Assembly: GCF_032444005.1 (NCBI RefSeq)
Contig: NC_091286.1
Span: 218,302,001-218,366,000 of the forward strand
Length of the DNA: 64,000 bases
Source: Ranitomeya imitator
Lineage: Eukaryota
Direction: 5' to 3'
Positions within the stretch are counted from its first letter, which is position 1. Each line of letters starts with the position of its first letter. Both the position numbers and the translations under genes were made by a program. The notes below the pieces were generated by a model. The model searched no databases, had not been told where the DNA came from, and saw only the letters and a program-made list of their open reading frames with translations. Of this stretch, positions 10,750-20,615 are shown in pieces.

Positions 10750-12371
10750 CCACAATTGTAACAAGTGGGTTGCTCCTCTCTGTGAGTGCTTCTCATTTCC
10801 CGTCAAGGCTCCAGACTATTTCTCTCTTCGGGGGGTGCGGTGGTGCTGGGCGTTTCCTCTTGGAGTCAGACAACTCTTTTCGTATGTCCTGGAGTCCCTT
10901 CAGCATTTTGCTCACCCAACTTGGTTCGGTCGCCAGCGCTAGAGATACCTCCCCGCTCCATACCTTCCCCATCAAGGCTGTAATCCCCTGCTCCTGCTCA
11001 TGCGAGCGCGCCTCGACTCCAGCTTCCAGAAAGGTCATGCGCAGATTCACCAATAAGCACTCTCGCAAGACCTGTTTCAACAGCGTATCCCTCAAGCCTG
11101 CCACTAACAGATCTTGCAACACTATATCAGAAGGCCCTATGCCTACGCCATCACGCTTCACAATTATAGTATGAATCTCTTGCAGTGCATTCATGTACTA
11201 AGTCATGGTCTCCCCCTCCCATTGTATATGGCTAAATAACCACATGTGTAATTCTCCAACATCAATAGGGTCTCCCTACATCTCCTCCAGTATTCATAGA
11301 ACCTTGCCGAAGGCCCGTTCAGTGGGGGGCCAGAGCATGACATTGCTCCTCGGTTTCCTGTCTAAAGCCATCACAGCAACCTGTGCCTCTAATGCCAGGG
11401 TCATGGGGTGCATTCTCAACATACCCCTGACCTGCTCAGTCCAGTCCCACAACAGTGTGTTGCTGCCAGTAAATTTGGGGAGGTTACTCAACATTGCCCC
11501 TGTTATGGACCTGGTGGTTAGGAGCACACGGAATGACCTGATGGTTAAACTAACACAGGACAAGCTCTGGGAAGTGGGAGCTCTGCTGACCGCAATCCCT
11601 AATCCTATCATACACACTAGAAATAGCCGTGGAGCGTACCTAACTCTGCCTAGACGCCTCTTCACGGCCTAAGAGCTAACTACCCCTAGAGAAAGGAAAT
11701 AAAGCCTACCTTGCCTCAGAGAAATTCCCCAAAGGAAAAGGCAGCCCCCCACAAATATTGACTGTGAGTTAAGATGGAAGTCACAAACACATGAATGAAA
11801 CAAGTTTCAGCAAAGGGAGGCCAGACTTACTAAACAGACTGAGGATAGAAAAGGTATCTTTGCGGTCAGCACAAAAAACTACAAAAAGACCACGCAGAGT
11901 GTGCAAAAAGACCCCCGCACCGACTCACGGTGCGGAGGTGCCACTCTGCATCCCAGAGCTTCCAGCTAGCAAGGCAAAATCATGATAGCAAGCTGGACAA
12001 GAAAACAATGAACAACAAATAAACTAGCAGGGACTTAGCTTCTGCTTGGGTAGACAGGTCACCAGAAAGATCCAAGAGCGAACTGAACCAGTACTAGAAC
12101 ATAGACAGCTGGCATGGAGTAACGATCTGAGTGGAGTTAAATAGAGCAGCCAGCCAAAGAATAAACTAGGTCACCTGTGGAAGGAACCTCAGAACCAGCA
12201 GCTCCACTCACAGCCACCAGAGGGAGTCCATGGACAGAACTCGCCGAATTTCCATTCATGACCACAGGAGGGAGTCCGATAACAGAATTCACAACATGCC
12301 CCTAAGGATATGCTGAACCTCGAGGCACACCCAACCGCTCGGTCTGCCGCCTCTGTGCCTGTAGTCTGCAT
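10750..12371 (-). pseudogene. PNMA/Ma-type gag of element A, split by a solo LTR
   Basis: ATG at 12371 (MQTTGTEAAD). Removing 11501-12296 plus one 6-bp TSD restores SRFSISLGAMLSNLPKF, colinear with element C PRASLPLRAMFSNLLKF. Confidence 0.8.
11501..12296 (-). mobile_element. Solo LTR of the chromovirus family (796 bp), 6-bp TSD TGCCCC
   Basis: tgttatg...cacaaca termini; homologous to 19813-20615 and 53187-54009; TGCCCC at 11495-11500 and 12297-12302. Confidence 0.92.
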
Positions 12372-13119
12372 TCTGCCAACTATGCTAAGTGTTAGCAGGC
12401 TGGCATATGCAGTGACAGACAGGAGGCAGATCAAGGGTTAACAGGTTTTAATAAACCAAGGAGTTACTCCACGTAGGGAGATAGGAAACGTGAGATCGGT
12501 GTGGTACTGTAGAAAGCGATGATACGTTCCCAGCTGGCAACGTTGAGTCTGTGAAACGTCCTGTGGAGTCCTCAGTAACGAGACTCTGGTGACCAGCAAT
12601 GTATAGGCCACAGTCCTGTCAAAATTAAGCGAAGCTCGGTGAATATGCATCGGGGATTCAGGTAGCGGTACTCGGTCCACGTCTCAGTCTCTGTCAGTCG
12701 GCACACGAGCAGCACTGACCATTATAGAGCGATTGGCACCTCGATGTCTCGGAGCCAACCTGCACATGGCAGGTTTCTCATCAGAGACTCTGTGGTAGGT
12801 TTCTCTCATGGCCAGGCATGCATCTCTGCTCCTAACGGTCCCTGAAGCCAGAACTCTCAGTCTCTTCAGCCGCGCGCTGCGCCTTCTTGCCAACTCTGTC
12901 TGTTCCCACGCTCTGCGCTGCCCCTGGTAACTCTTAGCCACGCACCCTGTCAACCCATACAAAGATTGATCTGGTTGCCTAAATGCCTGCATCCCCCAGA
13001 CAGCAAAGGAGACAGCCCCGACAGTTCCGGACCCTGCAGAAGAAAGGTACCCCCAGCCCGGTTTCTTTTCTTACAAAGTCTTCTCAGAAACTGCATCTGA
13101 TGGAGATTACTACAATCCC

Positions 13120-13925
13120 CAGGGCCGACGTCAGCACCTGGTAAGTGCCGGTGCTCTGAGCAAGCGGAGGAACCCAATCGACGTCGGGGAAACCAGCGTA
13201 CTATGGGTGTCCGGTCGCCTGCGATTGGGCCACCCCACTTGCAATACTTACCTCTCCGCGTCCCCACGCTGCAGCATCTTCTGCATCCTCTGACTGTGAG
13301 TTTCAGGTCAGTGGTGCGTGACGTCACTAGTGTGCATCCTCTGCCTGAGCAGTCACATTGCAGAGAGCCATAAGCTGCTGACGCTGAGGAGCCGGAGCAG
13401 AGCAGTGGCCAGCAAGGAGAGGTGAGTATTTCACTTTTTTATTATTTTTTTTGATGTTTGGAGCATCTTACGGGGCCAATTAAATATGAATCATCTTATG
13501 GGCCAATTACATATTGAGCAGTATATCGGACCCATTTCATATGGAGCATCTTATGGGGCCAATTACATATGGAGCATGTTATGGCGCTCATGATTCTATA
13601 TGGAGCATTATATGGGGCTCATTATACTGTATGGATCAGTAGATGGGGCTCATTATTCTGTATGGAGCACTATGTGGTGCCAATAATACTGTATGGAGCA
13701 ATATATCGGGCTCATTGTTCTTTATGGAGCGCTATGTATTGCAAATAATACTGTAAGGAGGACTATACAGTCCAGGTTATGAGCTATGAGCCAAGTGAAA
13801 TCTTTGGCATTGTACTATACCTATATTTCCCTGCTGTATATGTGCATCATGAATTGTGGTATGTGTTTAAAGGGGCCCAATGAGACTTTATCGCCGGCGC
13901 CCACAAAAACCTGGAGCCAGCACTG
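13120..13925. mobile_element. Non-autonomous hAT element (806 bp), 8-bp TSD ACAATCCC
   Basis: ACAATCCC at 13112-13119 and 13926-13933; imperfect CAG-initiated TIRs; internal tacttacctctcc...ggagaggtgagta symmetry. Confidence 0.85.
13460..13770 (+). repeat. ~32-bp minisatellite (atatggagcatcttatggggcc...) inside the hAT
   Basis: About 9-10 diverged tandem units. Confidence 0.75.
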
Positions 13926-13996
13926 ACAATCCCCTAAAATTCTTGCTGAACTTTCACAAAATTTTAACACATCATAGAAAAGTATCAAAGTTTGAT

Positions 13997-14070
13997 ACAC
14001 ATGTGGTCAAAATTGTTGGTACCCCTCGTTTAATGACAGAAAAATCCACAATGGTCACAGAAATGATGAT
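13997..14070. mobile_element. Tc1-like terminal inverted repeat fragment
   Basis: TA followed by cacatgtggtcaaaattgttggtacccc resembles Tc1-family TIR starts; no partner end seen. Confidence 0.45.
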
Positions 14071-15074
14071 TGCAGATGGAGTGCGTCACAACAACGCTTT
14101 ACTGTTTATGGGAACGTATTGGTATGCCAGGACATGTGTACGCATGCGTTCGATACGCATGCGTACTTCACATTAACCATGTCCAGGAAGCTATGTGACC
14201 ACCTTCAAAATCACTGATGTATGAAAGGGGGTCTGGAGACAGATAGTCCATTACTCTCAAGACACTGGAGCAGACAGCAGCACTGGCTATGTAAGTATAG
14301 AACCTGTGTAATGTCTGTCTCTCTGACTGCAGTCTGTACTTTGTACCATTTTTTTTTTGTCTGTTCCTTGTAGACTGGTGGAATCTCCTGGTGCTGCAGT
14401 GAGTATCTCCTTGTGCTCCTGGGTCTCCTGGTGCTGCCGTCTTTCCTGGTGAGGACAACACTGTCTATGTAAGTATAGACTTATGGAAAATGTCTTTCTG
14501 TTTCTCTAATCCTTTTTCTGTTCCTTGTAGACTGGTGGAATCTCCTGGTGCTGCGGTGTGCCTCCTTGCGCTCATGGGTCTCCTAGTGCTGCCGTCTGTC
14601 CCTTGCCTGCTCTGACTGCTGTGCTGTTGTACTTCTGCCTGTAATGTAAGCAGAGGCGTTGCTAGGATTTTGGCTCAGGGGGGTGAAGCTTCTGAGTGGG
14701 CCCCTAACCAGGTAACCTTGATTACAACTGATGCTCCCTAATACTGGAGGAGAACCTCAGCAGATGACCGCGCTATTACTGAAAATAATCTCTATATAAC
14801 GACCAACATGGATATTACCGCCATATGGTCAGTGGTAGATACCAATCCTACAGAACATATAAGAGATCACTGCACAGTTACAGATAATGTCTTACCGCTG
14901 ACGTTCTTTATGATGGAGTCGTCACTTTTCCCGTCTTTTCCATCTGGCCCAGACCGACATGACAACTTCTTCCAGCAACGACTCGTCTGCAGAGAATACA
15001 ACAAAGACACGTTTCACTTCTCACATTCCAGCCCCATCACCATCTATTCCCAACCTGCACAAACTCCTCATCCT

Positions 15075-15432
15075 GCTGATACCCCAATACTGAGCCGCTG
15101 CTGCCGTATGTGACATTATTACTGCATCTGATACCTCAATACTGAGCCACTGCTGCTGTATGTGCCTATTACTGCACCTGATACCCCAATACTGAGCCGC
15201 TGCTGCCGTATGTGACACTATTACTGCACCTGATACCCCAATACTGAGCCGCTGATGCTGTATGTCCCTATTACTGCACCTGATACCCCAATACTGACCG
15301 CTGCTGCCGTATGTGTCCCTATTACTGCACCTGATACCTCAATACTGAACCACTGGTGCTGTATGTCCCTATTACTGCACCTGATACCCCAATACTGAGC
15401 CGCTGCTGCCGCATGTGTCCCTATTACTGCCC
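15075..15432 (+). repeat. ~52-bp minisatellite (ctgataccccaatactgagccgctgctgccgtatgtg...)
   Basis: About 7 tandem units. Confidence 0.9.
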
Positions 15433-15771
15433 CTGCTGTGTGGTTCTCTGTGTCCTCTAAATTCTAAGGCGCCCCTCTATAATATAGCAATGCCAGGTGC
15501 AAGTGCCCTAGAAAGCAGAGCCCATATTTTGCCCCCTGGAAAGTAATATTGTCCTGTGTGCCCCTTTGATAGTCACAGTAACCCGAGTTACCCTATAACA
15601 ATAAGTGCCCACTTTACATTTAATAATGTCCCGAGTCTCCCCCTTTACAGCTCCCCTATACACAGTATGATGCTCTCTTATACACAGAATTCTGACCCCT
15701 TAGTAACCTCCAAACTGATGGCTCCAACACTGTAATCTCCACACTGTATGATGCCCCTCTAGATAGCCTCC

Positions 15772-15910
15772 ATATAGTATAATGCACCAGATCATCCTAA
15801 ATATAGTATAATGCACCAGATAGTCCTCAATATAGTATAATGTACCAGATAGTCCTCAACATAGTATAATGTACCAGATAGTCCTCAATATTGTATAATG
15901 TACCAGATAG
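15772..15910 (+). repeat. ~29-bp minisatellite (atatagtataatgtaccagatagtcctca)
   Basis: About 5 tandem units. Confidence 0.85.
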
Positions 15911-15914
15911 ACCC

Positions 15915-16885
15915 AGTAGTATAAGGTAGCACCTGCAGGCAGACCCTGTAGTATAAAGCAGCACCCCTATAGGCAGACCCTGTAGTATAAGACAGCACCC
16001 CTATAGGCAGACCCTGTACTATAAGGCAGCACCCTTATAGGCAGACCCTGTAGTACAAGACAGCACCCCCATAGGCAGACCAAGTACTATAAAGGCAGCA
16101 ACCCTATAGGCAGACCCTGTAGTAAAAGGCAGCACCTCCATAGGCAGACCCTGTAGTATAAGGCAGCACCCCAATAGGCAGACCCTGTAGTATAAAGCAG
16201 ACCCCCCATAGGCAGACCCTGTAGTATAATGCAGACCCCCCAAAGGCAGAACCTATAGTATAAGGCAGACCCCCCATAGGCAGACCCTGTAGTATTAGGC
16301 AGACCCCCCATAGGCAGACCCCGTAGTATAAGGCAGACCCCCCAGAGGCAGACCCTGTAGCATTAGGCAGATCCCCCATAGGCAGACCCTGTAGTATTTG
16401 GCAGACCCCCATAGGCAGACCCTGTAGTATAAGGCAGACCACCCCATAGGCAGATCCTGTTGTATTAGGAAGACCCCCCATAGGCAGATCCTGTAGTATA
16501 AGGCAGACCCCCCACAGGCAGACCCCGTAGTATTAGGAAGACCCCCAAAGGCAGACCCTGTAGTATAAGGCAGACCCCCCATAGGCAGACCCTGTAGCAT
16601 TAGGCAGACCCTCCCATAGGCAGACCCTGTAGTATTAGGCAGACCCCCCACAGGCAGACCCTGTAGTATTAGGCAGACCCCCCATAGGCAGACCCTGTAG
16701 TATTAGGCAGACCCCCATAGGCAGACCCTGTAGTATTAGGCAGACCCTCTCCCATAGGCAGACCCTGTAGTATTAGGCAGACTCCCATAGGCAGACCCTG
16801 TAGTATTAGGCAGACCCCCCTCATAGGCAGACCCTGTAGTATTAGGCAGACCCCCATAGGCAGATTGTGTACTATAAGGCAGCAC
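15915..16885 (+). repeat. ~35-bp minisatellite (cccccataggcagaccctgtagtattaggcagac)
   Basis: About 27-28 tandem units with no unique spacers. Confidence 0.92.
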
Positions 16886-18185
16886 CTCTTAAAAAAATAA
16901 ATAAATACTCACCTCTTCTTCCTGGTTCCTGTGCTGCTCTGAGCTCCCGCTCGCCTCGGCGCCGGGCAGTGACTCATTGCATTCCCTGTCAGCGTCGCCG
17001 ACGTCAGACGCTGACAGGGGGATGATGGGGGAAGGAGCGCAGCCCAGTGCTCCTTCCCTCATCATTGCGGTCAGCTGTATCGGCTAAATGTTACTGTAGC
17101 GTAGCTCCGGGTGGGCCCCCCTCAGAGCAACAGCCCCGGGGCGTCCACACCCTCTGCCCCCCCGGTAGCTACGCTACTGAATGTAAGTATTGATGTCCAT
17201 GGATTTTTTATTTTTTTTGTCTACATAGTGTTTTGCTCATAACAAGTTTAATTTTTCTTCTCTGTTTTTTTCTGTAGTGTTTCACTTGACTGCTGCCTGC
17301 TTTACCAATTTGTCCTCCTCCAGTGAAGCCTCCTAGAGTGAACTTGACCCTGATTACATAATCATTTTTGATATACTGATTGGTATGTATTGAATGGCAA
17401 TACTATAAATGTGGTAAATCCTGTATTTTCAGATACCTTCCGGTGTGGAAGAGCAGGAGCAGTCGAGTGGAATTAAGCTTCCCAGGGTAGTTGGACTCAA
17501 GTTTCTGAGGAGGAAAGACGGGGTGTAAGTATTCTTTTCATCAGAGTTGTAATAGAATTTGTTTGCAGCTTTACTTAAAAATCTTTTTTTCAATTTGATC
17601 TATAGGTTCCACAAGGGGAAGAAGCCATCTTGGAAATTGACAAAAAAATTCTGTTGGTAAATATTGCCAGAAATTCTGTTGGTAAGTATTGCAATGTGGT
17701 CTGACATGGCAGTGAACCTGTTAATGTATGTGCATTGTTTTCCAATTAATTTTTTCCTTTTTTTACCCCTTCACAGTGAAGAGAATCAAAATCTGCTGGC
17801 GTTACGTGAAGGACCGCTTCAACAAGGACATCAGAGAGGATATTCGGGTTCAAAGCGGTGCTGCTCAAAGGTTAAGAAAATATAAATACCACCGCATCCT
17901 TGGTTTTCTGAGGCCTGCGCTTGCTCAGTGAACGTAAGTATCTTTTGCGGGGTTTTTTGTTTTTTTTTGTTTTACTAATGTTTTGCTTTTATCTTTCACA
18001 CAGAACCTGGTGCAGCACAGCACAACCTGGATCATCCTCTGTTGAAGCGGCCCCTCATCGACCAGCCAACAAACATACGCAGTCCCAAACATCCACCAGC
18101 GATAAAGCGACCTGGCAGGCTTCACAGGCTGGGGAACATGCAGCTGGTCCATCTGGTTTTCCCCTCTACCAGCCCTCTTCCTCTG

Positions 18186-19812
18186 CTTTACGTCTGAAAT
18201 ACGCTTCTGGCATGGTGGTCACTTGTGATCGAGTATCGATCAAGCAACGGACAGCTCACCCATTCACTTCAACTCAGACAGTAGGGCTCGTGGAAACTAG
18301 ACATTCAGGACTACCTTCTCTCCTCTTTGGCCTATCCGGCTCCAGGTGGCTTCCCCCAGCCACAGAGCCCACTAGTTTAAGGCTGCCGAGGTAGGGACTG
18401 CCCCCACCTCACACATCCTTGGGCATAGTGTCCAGTATTTCCACACTTAAAACAAGTCGGACTCCATTCTGTACAGGTTGGTCCCACTCTCTGGTGAGGT
18501 TCGATGAACAAGCTGGACTCCGAATCACTCCAGTCTGTAGGCACATCTTGGGCTGTGGGGGGGCTCTTCTTAGGCCAGACCACTCTTCCCGCATTTCTCG
18601 TATTTCCCTCCGGATCTCCCGGAACCTCTCTGGCTCAGCAGCGGGCGAGGTGGGTACCTCATTGCTCCAGACCATCCCTGCCAAAGCTGCTGTCCCTTGC
18701 TCCTGCTTCCTCACGCGTGCTTCCGCCCCAATCTCTAGGAACGTCATGCGCGGATTGGTACACAGGCGCTCCCGCAAAGCTTGCTTAAGCAACGCATCCC
18801 AGAGGCCCACCACAAATTGGTCCTTCCATATCACATCAGGAGTCCCCACTCCTATTGCTCCCGACATCATCCCGCTTAGCAATAGACGCGTGCACCTCCT
18901 GTAACGCATTCATGTATTGGGTCGCTGATTCCCTCTCCCTCTGGACACGGCGAAACAATCACATCTGCAATTCCTCGACATCAGTGGGATCTCCATGCAT
19001 CTCTTCCAAAATTTGCAACACCTCAGTCAGAGTGTCCCGGTTATGCGGGGCCCGAAACATTACAGAACATCTAGCCACCCCATCCAGGGCCTTCACAGCA
19101 ATCTCCTCTTGCATAGCAGGGGTCATAGGGCGCATCCTCAACATGCCTTTAACCTGCTCAGTCCAGTCCCATAGCATTATATTGCTCCCTGTGAATTTCA
19201 GGAGATTGCTAAACATGGCCCTCAGCGGCAAGCTGGCCCTCGGGGCATTCACGACCGATTGGTCTGCAGCCTCTGCGTTCATGGATTGCATCCTGCTGAC
19301 TACGCTAAGTTTAAGTAGGTACCGGGATGCAGTAACACAGGGAAGACAAAGCAAGGGTTAACAATAATGCAATTTAATTATAACAATAGGGAAAACTCGC
19401 AGGGAGACAAGTTAACAAAGGAAATTGTAATATAACACAGCAGTCTTGGTATGAAACTTATCGTGACTCCTAAATTCCTCAGATGCATGTAGTCCAGTGG
19501 GGATGGTAGTCCCTGCAACAGCTGGCACAGTGTCTTCAGGTGTCACCCGCCCATACATGAACAAGCTTCTGGCAGCAACGGGCGGTCTCTGGTTTTGCCC
19601 GCTGAGCCCCTAGTCCATTTATCTGTGCAACAAAAGTGCTGGGAAGGGTTGCTACAAAGGTCTCTGTCCTATGCGTGCTCCACTGCATGCCTCTGAAAGA
19701 TGGGGAGAACACCACAGGATCCAGCACCTGTCACCTGCTTCTCAATGCGAGCACCGCACTGCTTAGTGGAGCGCCCGACGCTATGCACTGTCACTAACTC
19801 CCGGGGGCCCTC
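18186..19812 (-). mobile_element. Decayed Ty3/Gypsy element C (leader, PNMA-like gag with zinc knuckle, start of protease)
   Basis: gag from ATG 19291 (MQSMNAEAAD...LWDWTEQVKGML), frameshifted; CFKCGNTGHYAQGC CCHC knuckle; protease CLIDTRSQVTTMPEAYFRR; truncated at ~18186. Confidence 0.85.
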
Positions 19813-20615
19813 TGTTATGACAGGCAATTCAGTAACACAATGTACATAGCGATCAGAGCACATACAGTGATCTGACAATAACCCAAAATAATAGAACGAG
19901 CTCTGAGACGTGGAAACTCTGTAGACCGCAATTCCTGATCCTCTCCAAACACAACTAGAGGCAGCTGTGGATTGCGCCTAACGCTCCCTATGCAACTCGG
20001 CACAGCCTGAGAAACTAACTAGCCTGAAGATAGAAAAATAAGCCTACCTTGCCTCAGAGAAATACCCCAAAGGAAAAGGCAGCCCCCCACATATAATGAC
20101 TGTGAGTAAGATGAAAAGACAAACGTAGGGATGAAATAGATTCAGCAAAGTGAGGCCCGATATTCTAGACAGAACGAGGATAGGAAAGATAACTTTGCGG
20201 TCTACACAAAACCCTAAAGAAAACCACGCAAAGGGGGCAAAAAGACCCTCCGTACCGAACTAACGGCACGGAGGTACACCCTCTGCGTCCCAGAGCTTCC
20301 AGCAAAACAAATAGACAAGCTGGACAGAAAAAATAGCAACAAATAGCAAAGAAGCACTTAGCTATGCAGAGCAGCAGGCCACAGGAATGATCCAGAGAAA
20401 CACAAGTCCAACACTGCAACATTGACAGGAAGCATGGATCAAAGCATCAGGTGGAGTTAAGTAGAGAAGCAGCTAACGACCTCACCAGATCACCTGAGGG
20501 AGGAAACTCAGAAGCTGCAGTACCACTTTCCTCCACAAACGGAAGCTCCCAGAGAGAATCAGCCGAAGTACCACTTGTGACCACAGGAGTGAACTCTGCC
20601 ACAGAATTCACAACA
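19813..20615 (-). repeat. 3' LTR (803 bp)
   Basis: tgttatg...cacaaca termini; direct repeat of 24814-25587. Confidence 0.95.

Larger units (their letters stand above)
8163..13090 (-). mobile_element. Decayed Ty3/Gypsy element A (PNMA-like gag, protease, RT deleted, partial RNase H, integrase)
   Basis: gag (LPKFTGSN..LWDWTEQVRGML; QDLLVAGLRD), protease LVDTSSQVT/LGMNVL, RNase H tail TDNPLAHL...HADALS, integrase VTDYFTKF/IHSDQG, C-terminal HRNMLHPC. Many stops; no LTR at 13090. Confidence 0.88.
14651..17179. mobile_element. Non-autonomous hAT element (2529 bp), 8-bp TSD AATGTAAG
   Basis: TIRs cagaggcgttgcta / rc cagtagcgtagcta; AATGTAAG at 14643-14650 and 17180-17187; no transposase. Confidence 0.92.
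14070..18185 (+). pseudogene. Second Harbinger remnant: multi-exon MADF gene, interrupted by a hAT and truncated by Gypsy C
   Basis: Exon 17777-17933 (KRIKICWRYVKDRFNKDIREDIRVQSGAAQRLRKYKYHRILGFLRPALAQ) has the same 157-bp length as 1991-2147. Homologous junctions gt|gtaagta and ag|gttcca; tacgcatgcgt motifs near 14150. Confidence 0.75.

Noticed and set aside
16019-16857. Several minus-strand ORFs (MGGLPNTTGSAYGG...)
   Set aside because: Translations of the minisatellite in multiple frames; no coding evidence.
15915-16885. Regular ~35-bp repeats resembling a CRISPR array
   Set aside because: Units are head-to-tail with no unique spacers, there are no cas genes, and the context is a eukaryotic transposon: a minisatellite.
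19815-20003. Recurrent ORFs MPSCIGSVRR.../MTSCIGSVRS... (also 24816, 53178, 11294)
   Set aside because: They recur because they lie in U5 of LTR copies; lengths and frames differ among copies, unlike the U3 frame.
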